This document shows positions 1 to 8,532 of a stretch of DNA of 64,000 bases, in pieces. Each line of letters opens with the position of its first letter. Within the stretch, counting starts at the first letter, position 1. Both the position numbers and the translations under genes were made by a program. Source of the DNA: Paludibacteraceae bacterium (GTDB taxonomy: Bacteria; Bacteroidota; Bacteroidia; Bacteroidales; Paludibacteraceae); NCBI GenBank assembly GCA_045578815.1, contig JAZNKZ010000097.1, positions 10,430 to 74,429 on the forward strand, given 5' to 3'. The notes beneath the pieces were generated by a model. The model saw only the letters and a list, made by a program, of their open reading frames with translations, was not told the DNA's origin and did not search any database.

Positions 1-198
1 TGGGAGGAAACCAACTGCTATGTCTATACCGACTACAATGGCAAGAAAGGTCTGATGGACAAACGTTACCGCGTCCTCACGCCACCTCGCTTCTATGATA
101 TCACTGCCCAAACCAAGCACACTTTCTTTGCTTCTTTTGGCAAATGGTCTAACCGCTTCGGCACTCTCATCGACGAAAATGGCAAAGCAATTCGCTAA
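1..198 (+). CDS. C-terminal fragment of a WG/KWG-repeat protein (5' end outside window)
   Basis: Frame 1 is open from base 1 to TAA at 196-198. The translation ...YTDYNGKKGLMDKRYRVLTPPRFYDI...FGKWSNRFGTLIDENGKAIR shows the G-K-x-G-L-(I/M)-D ... G-K periodicity of WG beta-repeat proteins. Confidence 0.45.
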   Translation, partial: WEETNCYVYTDYNGKKGLMDKRYRVLTPPRFYDITAQTKHTFFASFGKWSNRFGTLIDENGKAIR

Positions 199-775
199 TA
201 TCCTTACCACGCTGCTGTTGAGTTTCTTTCTTGGCACGCTACTTATTGTCCTGCTTTTCAAGTTCGTTCCTATTCCTTTCACGCCTCTGATGTTGCTCCG
301 TCATATCGAGGCACGTCAGGAGGGACGCCAACTGGACATACAGCACCAGTGGACGCCATTGGAGGACATCTCCCCCGACCTCATCGCAGCTGTCATCGAC
401 CACGAGGATGCCAAATTCTACGAGCACCGTGGCTTCGATTGGGATGCTATCTCCTATGCGTATGAGCAGAATCAGCGCTATGGGCGTATTGTCTGCGGAG
501 GCAGTACAATCTCCCAACAAACGGCAAAGAACATCTTCACTTTCCACTCGCGCACCTACCTGCGCAAAGCGGTAGAGGCATATTTCACGGTCTTGATAGA
601 GTTCCTTTGGGGCAAGGAACGCATCATGGAGGTGTACTTGAATATGATTGAAATGGGCGATGGCGTGTTTGGTGCCGAGGCAGCAGCCAATTACTATTTC
701 GACACCTCTGCCTCTGGCATCAACCATTACGATGCCGACTATATTGCCTGGCTCCTCCCCGACCCGAGAAGGTAA
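179..775 (+). CDS. mtgA: monofunctional biosynthetic peptidoglycan transglycosylase (GT51)
   Basis: Motifs: EDAKFYEHRGFD, GGSTISQQTAKN, RKAVEAYFT..E, ILEVYLN-like MEVYLNMIEMGDGVFG. ATG at 179 gives a short cytoplasmic tail plus one TM helix, whereas the ATG at 95 in the ORF track would overlap the upstream ORF by 104 nt. The ORF stops immediately after the LPDPRR motif (see finding). Confidence 0.85.
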   Translation: MAKQFANILTTLLLSFFLGTLLIVLLFKFVPIPFTPLMLLRHIEARQEGRQLDIQHQWTPLEDISPDLIAAVIDHEDAKFYEHRGFDWDAISYAYEQNQRYGRIVCGGSTISQQTAKNIFTFHSRTYLRKAVEAYFTVLIEFLWGKERIMEVYLNMIEMGDGVFGAEAAANYYFDTSASGINHYDADYIAWLLPDPRR

Positions 776-1111
776 ACTAGTTAAACTCAAAAGTGCCCAT
801 AAGAATTCTTCTTACCTCATAGTACATAATAACCAAATCTTCGGCACAATCTTCGCGCTAAGAAACTTTTTTCAAAAAAAATACACCCACGCGGGAAGCC
901 CTGTAAATACTACACTTCTCGCGTGTTGTATATACCATTTTACTCTCCATATTCTCAAACCTTCGGCGCAAAACCCCTTCTGTGCCGAAGATTTTTGCAG
1001 CATTATTATAGAGGCGCATTATAAGATGATAGATACTATCGGGAAGCAAACAATCCTACACTACTCTACACCATTCTACACAAAATATTTGCAAATATGC
1101 AATATTTTTAG

Positions 1112-1119
1112 TACCTTTG
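1112..1119 (+). promoter_or_regulatory. Bacteroidetes -7 promoter box TAcCTTTG (ygiQ)
   Basis: Exact match to TAnnTTTG, 31 nt upstream of ATG 1150, preceded by an AT-rich tract. Confidence 0.6.
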
Positions 1120-1149
1120 CGGCCGATATTTACAAAGTAAATAATTTTC

Positions 1150-2949
1150 ATGGTCGCAAGCACCGATCTCAAAGTATATCTGCCCACCACAAAGAAGGAG
1201 TTGCAACTCCGTGGATGGAACGAAGTGGATGTCATCCTCTTCTCAGGGGACGCATACATCGACCATCCCGCTTTTGGTGCTGCCGTTATCGGACGAGTAC
1301 TCGAACATGCAGGATACAAAGTCGCCATCGTACCTCAACCCGACTGGCGAGGCGACCACCGCGACTTTACCAAGCTAGGACGACCACGGCTATTCTTTGC
1401 CGTAACGGCGGGCAGCATGGACAGCATGGTCAACCACTACACCGCTGCCAAACGTCTGCGTTCGGACGACGCATACACCCCCGAAGGCAAAGCAGGTATG
1501 CGACCCGACTACTGCACCATCACCTACTGCAATATACTCCGCCAACTCTACCCCGATGTGCCTATCGTCATCGGCGGCGTAGAAGCCAGCATGCGACGAC
1601 TGACGCACTACGACTATTGGTCGGACTGCCTGAAGCCCAGCATCCTAGTGGACAGCAAAGCGGATGTGCTGGTATATGGCATGGGGGAGAAGCAGGTGGT
1701 GGCGATTGCCCGTTGTTTAGAGGCGAGAGGCGAAAGGCGAGAGGCGAAAGGCGAGAGTTTAGAGGCGATCCCGCAAATAGCATATCTCACAAAAAACAAC
1801 CCTACACCACACTACACAACACTACACCATCCTACACCACACTACATCACCCTACACAGCCACGAAGACGCAGTGAAGAGCAAGCGCGTGCATGCGGAGA
1901 ACTTCCGACTGATCGAGACAGAGAGCAATAAGATCAATGCCACCACTATCATTCAGCCCGTGGGCAACCAATATGTGGTAGTCAATCCGCCATACCCCAC
2001 CATGACCTCCGAGGAGCTGGACGCGATATACGACCTGCCATTCCAATATCATCCACACCCGAAATACAAAGGCAAACACATACCCGCCTACGAGATGATT
2101 CGCTTCTCGGTGTGTATGCACCGCGGATGCTTTGGCGGTTGCAGTTTCTGCACCATCGCCGCGCATCAAGGCAAACAGATTGCTTCGCGCTCGGAGGCAA
2201 GCATACTTAGGCAGATAGACAAACTCAAAGATCTACCCGATTGGAGGGGTTACCTGAGCGACTTAGGTGGGCCATCGGCAAATATGTACGGCATGCACGG
2301 CAAAGACATGAGTCTATGTGAGAAATGCGCACGACCCAGTTGCTTGCACCCAACGATATGCAAGAACCTCAATCAGGATTTTGCACCCCTGATGAAAATA
2401 TACAGACGCGTGGACGCGTTGCCATACATCAAGAAATCGTTTGTTGGCAGTGGCATACGCTATGACCTGATGAACGAGGCATACGGACGCGAACTCATCA
2501 CCAAGCATGTGTCGGGGCGACTCAAAGTAGCACCCGAGCACACAAGCACAGAAGTCCTGAAGCTAATGCGCAAACCCTCGTGGCAAGAGTATGAGAAGTT
2601 TCACCGCTTCTTTGAGCTAGTGAACACAGAGGCGGGGCTGCGCCAGCAGTTGATACCCTACTTCATCTCCTCGCACCCAGGGTGCACCAACAAGGATATG
2701 CAACAATTGGCGGAGCAATGCAAGCGCCTCCACTACCGCCCCGAGCAGGTACAGGATTTCACTCCCACGCCCATGACATTGGCTACAACGATGTTCTACA
2801 CAGGGCTCAACCCCTACACGATGGAGCCCGTATATGTCGCACGAAGCAAAGAGGAAAAAGATAAGCAAAAGGGGTACTTCTTCTTTTGGCGCACAGCAAA
2901 AGAAGAGGGTCATAAAAGTTCTAAGAGTTTTAAGAGTTCTAAAAGTTAG
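1150..2949 (+). CDS. ygiQ: YgiQ-family radical SAM protein (UPF0313)
   Basis: The N-terminus LPTTKKELQLRGWNEVDVILFSGDAYIDHPAFGAAVIGR is typical of YgiQ. The radical-SAM cluster motif is CFGGCSFC (CxxxCxxC). A TAcCTTTG promoter box lies at 1112-1119. Confidence 0.9.
   Translation: MVASTDLKVYLPTTKKELQLRGWNEVDVILFSGDAYIDHPAFGAAVIGRVLEHAGYKVAIVPQPDWRGDHRDFTKLGRPRLFFAVTAGSMDSMVNHYTAAKRLRSDDAYTPEGKAGMRPDYCTITYCNILRQLYPDVPIVIGGVEASMRRLTHYDYWSDCLKPSILVDSKADVLVYGMGEKQVVAIARCLEARGERREAKGESLEAIPQIAYLTKNNPTPHYTTLHHPTPHYITLHSHEDAVKSKRVHAENFRLIETESNKINATTIIQPVGNQYVVVNPPYPTMTSEELDAIYDLPFQYHPHPKYKGKHIPAYEMIRFSVCMHRGCFGGCSFCTIAAHQGKQIASRSEASILRQIDKLKDLPDWRGYLSDLGGPSANMYGMHGKDMSLCEKCARPSCLHPTICKNLNQDFAPLMKIYRRVDALPYIKKSFVGSGIRYDLMNEAYGRELITKHVSGRLKVAPEHTSTEVLKLMRKPSWQEYEKFHRFFELVNTEAGLRQQLIPYFISSHPGCTNKDMQQLAEQCKRLHYRPEQVQDFTPTPMTLATTMFYTGLNPYTMEPVYVARSKEEKDKQKGYFFFWRTAKEEGHKSSKSFKSSKS
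1716..1860 (+). repeat. in-frame word arrays inside ygiQ: (GGCGARA)n with period 7, then 6 x 10-mer nCTACAnnAn
   Basis: Sequence tttagaGGCGAGAGGCGAAAGGCGAGAGGCGAAAGGCGAGAgtttagaggcga (1716-1767). Then cctacaccac actacacaac actacaccat cctacaccac actacatcac cctacacagc (1801-1860). Confidence 0.9.
2914..2949 (+). repeat. word array AAGAGTT(C/T)TAA forming the last codons and stop of ygiQ
   Basis: Sequence aaaagttctaagagttttaagagttctaaaagttag, which encodes ...KSSKSFKSSKS*. Confidence 0.8.
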
Positions 2950-2954
2950 GATAT

Positions 2955-3923
2955 ATGACAAAAAAGAAATATAAAATCAATCCAGAGACGCTTGCCATGG
3001 AGCAAGTGGAACATGGCATACGCTATTGGCTACGCCAAACAGGTATTTACATACTGGCAGGTATTGTACTCGGAGTAGTTTTCCTATTCCTATTTCTAAC
3101 ATTCTTCCCTTCTCCACGCGAGAAGCAGTTGTTGCGCGAAAAAGAAACCATGCAATCACAATTGGAGATTCTGAATCAACAAGTGGACCAAATGCAAATT
3201 GTAATGACCGACCTGCAGCAACGCGATGACAACCTCTATCGCGTATTGTTCGGTGCAGAACCTATACCACTAAGCATTCGACAAGGTACACAACGCAGAA
3301 TCGATTACTACGATAGTATCGCACTGATGACCAATAGCCAATTGGCTGCAGAATTGACAATGAAAGTGGATATGCTGGAGAAAGAACTATATACTCAAGC
3401 AAAATCCTACGACGAGGTGCTGCAGATGACCAAAACCCAAGAGATACGCATGGAGAATATCCCTGCCATCCAACCAGTGATGAACAAAGACCTTAAGCGC
3501 GTAGCTTCAGGTTATGGTATGCGTATTGACCCCGTATATCATGTGCGCCGTTTCCACCAAGGCATGGACTTTACAGCACCAACTGGCACGGAGGTGTTTG
3601 CTACGGGTAATGCCACTGTATCTTTCACAGGATGGAAACAAGGATATGGCAATACGGTGATACTAGATCACGGTTTTGGTTATCAGACATTGTATGCCCA
3701 TCTGTACAAGTCGCTAGTGCGTAGGGGGCAGAAAGTACGCCGCTCCGATATCATCGCACTCGTGGGGAATACAGGCAAATCCACTGGTCCACACTTGCAC
3801 TACGAGGTACGATTAAATGGCAAACCCGTAGATCCACGCAACTACTACTTCTACGACCTCTCGCCAGAGGAGTATGATCAAATGATACAATTATCGAACA
3901 ACTTTGGACAGATGCTGGATTAA
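2955..3923 (+). CDS. M23 family metallopeptidase (membrane anchored, coiled-coil N-terminal half)
   Basis: HQGMDF and GNTGKSTGPHLHYEVRLNGKPVDP motifs (HxxxD / HxH of LytM-type peptidases). One N-terminal TM helix. Confidence 0.85.
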   Translation: MTKKKYKINPETLAMEQVEHGIRYWLRQTGIYILAGIVLGVVFLFLFLTFFPSPREKQLLREKETMQSQLEILNQQVDQMQIVMTDLQQRDDNLYRVLFGAEPIPLSIRQGTQRRIDYYDSIALMTNSQLAAELTMKVDMLEKELYTQAKSYDEVLQMTKTQEIRMENIPAIQPVMNKDLKRVASGYGMRIDPVYHVRRFHQGMDFTAPTGTEVFATGNATVSFTGWKQGYGNTVILDHGFGYQTLYAHLYKSLVRRGQKVRRSDIIALVGNTGKSTGPHLHYEVRLNGKPVDPRNYYFYDLSPEEYDQMIQLSNNFGQMLD

Positions 3924-4003
3924 GAGGGGATTGGACGCCTTGAGGGGCAATAGGACGCGGCATAGCCGCTATAGCTTAAAGGCTAAAGGCGAGAATATAA
4001 AAC

Positions 4004-5233
4004 ATGAAAAATATGACACATAGAAAATGGACGATAGCAGCAGTGCTGCTGATGAGTGCTATGACAGCCATGGCACAAGTAAAAACAGGTATCGAGGTAC
4101 TACGAGAACGCAACTTCGATGTGCTGCAAGGCAAACGCGTAGGACTATGCACCAACCCAACAGGCGTGGATCACAACCTAGTATCCACCATCGATATCCT
4201 CTGGCAAGCAGAGAATGTGAACCTCGTCGCACTCTACGGACCTGAGCACGGCGTGCGTGGCAACATCTACGCTGGCGACCATGTGGACAATGAAATAGAC
4301 CCAAAAACAGGTCTAAAAATGTATAGCCTATACGGCAAGACCAGTAAGCCGACCAAAGAGATGATGGATGAGATAGATGTGATGGTGTATGACATCCAGG
4401 ATATCGGCTGCCGCAGTTATACCTATATCTCCACTATGGGTAACCTCATGGAGGCATGTCAGACATTCGGCAAAGAGCTCGTCGTACTAGATCGCCCCAA
4501 TCCATTAGGTGGCGAGAAGATTGAAGGATGCCTCGTAGAAGAGGGATTTGTATCCTTCGTGAGCCGATTTGCTATACCATACCTTTACGGTCAAACTCCC
4601 GGCGAGTTGGCATTGTACCTCAACGCCAAAGCTGAAAAACCTTGCAAACTGACCGTAGTGGAGATGCAGGGCTGGACACGCGACATGACTTGGGATGAGA
4701 CTGGACTGGAGTGGATCGTAGCTTCGCCTCATGTGCCACACGGCAGAACAGCAATATACTACCCTGTAACAGGTATATTTGGCGAGTTCTACTATATCAA
4801 CATCGGTGTAGGTTATACCATGCCATTCGAGGTGATGGGTGCACCATGGGTCAACGCCGATAGTCTCGCTACTGCACTCAACGCGCTAGAGCTGCCAGGC
4901 GTAATATTCCGTCCACTACACTACAAACCCTACTACAGCGTATTCAAAGGCGAAAACATCCAAGGTGTGCAAGTGCACATAGTGGACTACCAGAAAGCTG
5001 CACTCAGCGAGATACAATTCTATGTAGTGCAAGAGATGATGCGCCTATGGCCTGAACAAGATTGGTTTACACACTGCGACCAAAAACGCTTTGGTATGTT
5101 CAACAAAGTATGCGGCACGGACCAAATCAAAGAACTCTTTGGCAAACGCTACCGCTGGGAGGATGCTAAGGCATATTGGGACAAGGATGTAGAGAAATAT
5201 CGCGAAGAGTCAAGTAAGTTTTACTTGTATTAG
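4004..5233 (+). CDS. DUF1343 family protein (NamZ-like exo-beta-N-acetylmuramidase family)
   Basis: Signal peptide, then VGLCTNPTGVD and YGPEHGVRG motifs as I recall them for DUF1343/YbbC/NamZ proteins. Confidence 0.75.
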   Translation: MKNMTHRKWTIAAVLLMSAMTAMAQVKTGIEVLRERNFDVLQGKRVGLCTNPTGVDHNLVSTIDILWQAENVNLVALYGPEHGVRGNIYAGDHVDNEIDPKTGLKMYSLYGKTSKPTKEMMDEIDVMVYDIQDIGCRSYTYISTMGNLMEACQTFGKELVVLDRPNPLGGEKIEGCLVEEGFVSFVSRFAIPYLYGQTPGELALYLNAKAEKPCKLTVVEMQGWTRDMTWDETGLEWIVASPHVPHGRTAIYYPVTGIFGEFYYINIGVGYTMPFEVMGAPWVNADSLATALNALELPGVIFRPLHYKPYYSVFKGENIQGVQVHIVDYQKAALSEIQFYVVQEMMRLWPEQDWFTHCDQKRFGMFNKVCGTDQIKELFGKRYRWEDAKAYWDKDVEKYREESSKFYLY

Positions 5234-5266
5234 TTTAGAGTTTAGTGTTTAGTGTTTAGAGACTAG
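5231..5266. repeat. period-7 word array (GTTTAGA/GTTTAGT)n at a gene boundary
   Basis: Sequence tagtttagagtttagtgtttagtgtttagagactag. Stop triplets occur in all six frames. Confidence 0.85.
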
Positions 5267-5271
5267 ATTAT

Positions 5272-8067
5272 ATGAAAAAGTATATCGAACGATTGGCGTG
5301 GGGAACGGATGCGGGATTCTACCGCTTGATTCCTGAAGAGGTATTGCACCCATCAACCGAAAAAGAGGTGCAAGCCGTCATCACACGCGCACGCAAGGAG
5401 GGTAAACACATTACTTTCCGTGCTGCAGGTACCAGTTTGAGCGGACAAGCCATCAGCGATAGTCTGCTAGTAGTGTGCGGCAAGAAATGGGAGAAGTACA
5501 CCGTGCACGACGAAGGCAAAAGCATCACCCTGCAACCTGGTATAGTGGGCCAACGCGTGAATGAAATACTCAAACCCTATGGCAGGTACTTCACACCAGA
5601 CCCTGCTAGTCTGAAATCGGCTATGGTAGGCGGCATCGTGATGAACAATGCTTCTGGTATGTGCTGCGGCACGCATGCCAACAGCTACCGTGTACTCAAG
5701 TCTGCACGAATCATCTTGGCTGATGGTACGATATTGGACACAGGCGATAAGGAGAGCCGTTCGGAATTCTTGATGTCGCATGCTAAGTTCATCCGTAAGA
5801 TTGATGACTTGCGCATTCAAACACAAAAGAATAAAGCACTGTGCGACCTTATACGCAAAAAGTACTCCATCAAAAATGTGACGGGTTTGACCATCCTACC
5901 ATTTGTGGAGATGACCGACCCATTTGACATTATCGCCCATCTAATGGTAGGTAGCGAAGGCACATTGGCGTTCCTCTCAGAAGTGACGATGACCACAGGC
6001 GAAATTCAACCCTATAGTGCATCAGCACTGCTGCTCTTCCCTACCACCAAAGCAGCATGCGAGGCTATCACCGAAATGAAGCAAACTGGGTTGCTATCTG
6101 CAGCAGAGTTCTTCGATCGTAAAGCCATGCGCACAGTGGAAAAAGACTTTCCCGAACTTCAAGGATTGCCTAAGGATGCAGGCGCAGCACTGATTCGTAC
6201 CGACGCACTGACTGCAAAAGAACTAACCGATAAGAACACTAGATTACAAGGTATATTGCAACACTACGAGTTGTGCCAGCCTGCTGCGTTCACTTCTGAT
6301 CCAGTATTGACAGGCAAGTATTGGGCAATGCGTAGCGGTATCTTCCCCGCTGTGGGCGGTACACGCGAGATTGGCACCACCTGTCTAATTGAGGACATCG
6401 CCTTCCCTATCGAGCATCTAGCAGAGGCTACCCTAGACTTGCAACAACTATTCATTGACCACAATTATCCCGAAGCCGTAATCTATGGTCACGCATTAGA
6501 GGGTAACTACCACTTTATCCTCAACCAACGCTTTGACTCGCCAGAGGCTATCAAGCAATACGACGGTATGATGCGTGCAGTGGTGGATTTAGTGGTGGAT
6601 AAATACCACGGCAGTCTGAAGGCAGAGCATGGAACAGGTCGCAACATGGCGCCATTCGTTCGTCGCGAATGGGGAGATGATGCTTACGAACTGATGTGCG
6701 AGGTGAAGAAACTCTTCGATCCAGACAACATCATGAATCCTGGCGTGATCTTCAACGAAGATGAACACTCCTATATCGAACATATCAAGCCTTTGCCAGA
6801 GGTGCACGAGATGATTGACCGCTGCATCGAGTGCGGCTTCTGCGAAGTGAACTGCGTGGCATGCGGATATGCGTTGTCTAGCCGTCAGCGTATCGTGGTA
6901 CAGCGTGAGATGGCAAGATTGAAAGAGGCGATTAGGAAAGACAGCGATAAGGCAAACAGGCGAGAGGCGAAGAAGTTGCTCAGTAGTTTGGAAAAAGACT
7001 TCCGTCGTATTGGTCGTGACTTGTGCGCAGGTGACGGACTATGCTCCACCTCATGCCCAATCAAAATCAATGTGGGCGACTATATCCACTTGGTGCGTGA
7101 AAACGATATGAGTGCCGCTGGTAAGCAGATAGGTTATTGGGCAGGTAAGAACTTGGCTAATATTGGCACTGCACTGACAGGTATATTGGAAGTAGCGAAT
7201 GTGGCACATAGCGTATTAGGCGATAAGGCTACTAGGCTATTGGGCAAAGCGATGCACTATGGTTCTGGCAGATTAATGCCACTATGGACACCATCCTTGC
7301 CTCGCCCTGTGCGCAAGAAAGAGAAGAAGACTGCCATTGAGTATGGAGTAGTGAACGGACTAAAAGGTCTGCAAGACAAGCGCGTGGTGTATTTCCCATC
7401 ATGCTTGAACCAACGCCTGGGTTCGGGCAACAAACCGCTCATCAATGATATGACCGAACTGCTGAACAAAGCAGGCTATGAGGTGATATTCCCCAAGAAT
7501 ATGGAGAACCTCTGTTGTGGTACAATTTGGGAGAGCAAAGGTATGCCCGACGAGGCAGCGCGCAAAGCCGCCGAACTAGAGTTGGCATTGCTGAAAGCGA
7601 GCGATAATGGTCGTTGGCCAATACTATGCGACCAGAGTCCATGCTTGCATCGCATGCGCCATACCATGCAGCATATGAAATTGTACGAACCCGCGGAGTT
7701 TATCGATAAGTTTGTAATGAGCGAGGTAGAAATCACTCCACTCGACACTTGCGTGGCAGTACACGTAACTTGCTCTACTCGTCAGATGGGCGTAGCAGAT
7801 GCGATTATCCGTGTGGCTAAAGCATGTGCGAAGAATGTACTAGTACCTGAGGAGATTGGTTGCTGCGCATTTGCAGGAGATAAGGGCTTCACCGAGCCGT
7901 CACTGAATGAATGGGCACTGCGCAAACTCAAGCCACAAGTGGAGAAAGCAGGAGCAACAATGGGTGTGAGCAACTCACGTACTTGCGAGATCGGCTTGAG
8001 CACGCATTCAGGCATAGACTATTGCAGCATTGCGCATTTGGTGAATATTTGCGCTGAGCGCAAATAG
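5272..8067 (+). CDS. FAD-binding and (Fe-S)-binding oxidoreductase (YdiJ / D-2-hydroxyacid dehydrogenase-like)
   Basis: N-terminal FAD_binding_4-like region (FRAAGTSLSGQA). Ferredoxin-type clusters CIECGFCEVNC and CAGDGLCSTSCP. Two C-terminal cysteine-rich CCG repeats (NLCCGT, IGCCAFAGDKG). Confidence 0.85.
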   Translation: MKKYIERLAWGTDAGFYRLIPEEVLHPSTEKEVQAVITRARKEGKHITFRAAGTSLSGQAISDSLLVVCGKKWEKYTVHDEGKSITLQPGIVGQRVNEILKPYGRYFTPDPASLKSAMVGGIVMNNASGMCCGTHANSYRVLKSARIILADGTILDTGDKESRSEFLMSHAKFIRKIDDLRIQTQKNKALCDLIRKKYSIKNVTGLTILPFVEMTDPFDIIAHLMVGSEGTLAFLSEVTMTTGEIQPYSASALLLFPTTKAACEAITEMKQTGLLSAAEFFDRKAMRTVEKDFPELQGLPKDAGAALIRTDALTAKELTDKNTRLQGILQHYELCQPAAFTSDPVLTGKYWAMRSGIFPAVGGTREIGTTCLIEDIAFPIEHLAEATLDLQQLFIDHNYPEAVIYGHALEGNYHFILNQRFDSPEAIKQYDGMMRAVVDLVVDKYHGSLKAEHGTGRNMAPFVRREWGDDAYELMCEVKKLFDPDNIMNPGVIFNEDEHSYIEHIKPLPEVHEMIDRCIECGFCEVNCVACGYALSSRQRIVVQREMARLKEAIRKDSDKANRREAKKLLSSLEKDFRRIGRDLCAGDGLCSTSCPIKINVGDYIHLVRENDMSAAGKQIGYWAGKNLANIGTALTGILEVANVAHSVLGDKATRLLGKAMHYGSGRLMPLWTPSLPRPVRKKEKKTAIEYGVVNGLKGLQDKRVVYFPSCLNQRLGSGNKPLINDMTELLNKAGYEVIFPKNMENLCCGTIWESKGMPDEAARKAAELELALLKASDNGRWPILCDQSPCLHRMRHTMQHMKLYEPAEFIDKFVMSEVEITPLDTCVAVHVTCSTRQMGVADAIIRVAKACAKNVLVPEEIGCCAFAGDKGFTEPSLNEWALRKLKPQVEKAGATMGVSNSRTCEIGLSTHSGIDYCSIAHLVNICAERK

Positions 8068-8085
8068 AACGCTACGCTGTTAGAT

Positions 8086-8532
8086 ATGGAGATTGAACGC
8101 AAATACTTGGTAACGAGCGACTGCTACAAACAAATAGCAGTGGATCATCATCATATCCGTCAGGGGTATATATCCCGTGAAAAGACGGGTACGGTACGTG
8201 TTCGCATCAGCGATGACAAGGCCTATCTCACCATCAAAGGCAAACCCGCAGCAGGACATTTTGCACGCTATGAATGGGAGAAAGAGATTGATGTGGCAGA
8301 TGCAGTGGAGTTGATAAAGCTATGTCAAGGCACTATCATTGACAAAACACGCTGGATAGTGCCTGCCAAGGAAGAGGGACTTAAGTGGGAAGTGGATGAG
8401 TTCCATGGCAAGTATGAAGGTCTAGTAGTGGCGGAGATTGAACTAGAAAGCGAAGAACAAGTGGTGGAGTTGCCCGATTTCATAGGAAAAGAGGTAACCG
8501 ATGACCGAAGATATTACAATGCAAACATGTAG
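8086..8532 (+). CDS. CYTH domain protein (triphosphate tunnel metalloenzyme)
   Basis: N-terminal EIERKYLV (ExExK) signature. About 148 aa, typical for the family. The stop abuts the next ATG (TAGATG). Confidence 0.8.
   Translation: MEIERKYLVTSDCYKQIAVDHHHIRQGYISREKTGTVRVRISDDKAYLTIKGKPAAGHFARYEWEKEIDVADAVELIKLCQGTIIDKTRWIVPAKEEGLKWEVDEFHGKYEGLVVAEIELESEEQVVELPDFIGKEVTDDRRYYNANM

Noticed and set aside
239-790. 183-aa minus-strand ORF antisense to mtgA
   Set aside because: The plus strand has the full set of GT51 motifs. This is an antisense artefact.
835-994. Invertible promoter (phase-variation shufflon) interpretation of the 14-bp inverted repeat
   Set aside because: No site-specific recombinase gene is in the window. 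No TAnnTTTG box lies inside the 132-nt segment in either orientation. The repeat does not resemble the Bacteroides fragilis invertase site as I recall it. The element is kept only as a structural observation.
648-1931. 427-aa plus-strand ORF spanning the mtgA 3' end, the intergenic spacer and the first 780 nt of ygiQ
   Set aside because: It runs out of frame through two well-supported genes and through the ygiQ promoter box. The translation is Arg/His/Thr-rich low complexity with no motifs. Only its first ~40 codons after 776 are discussed, as a possible frameshifted mtgA tail.
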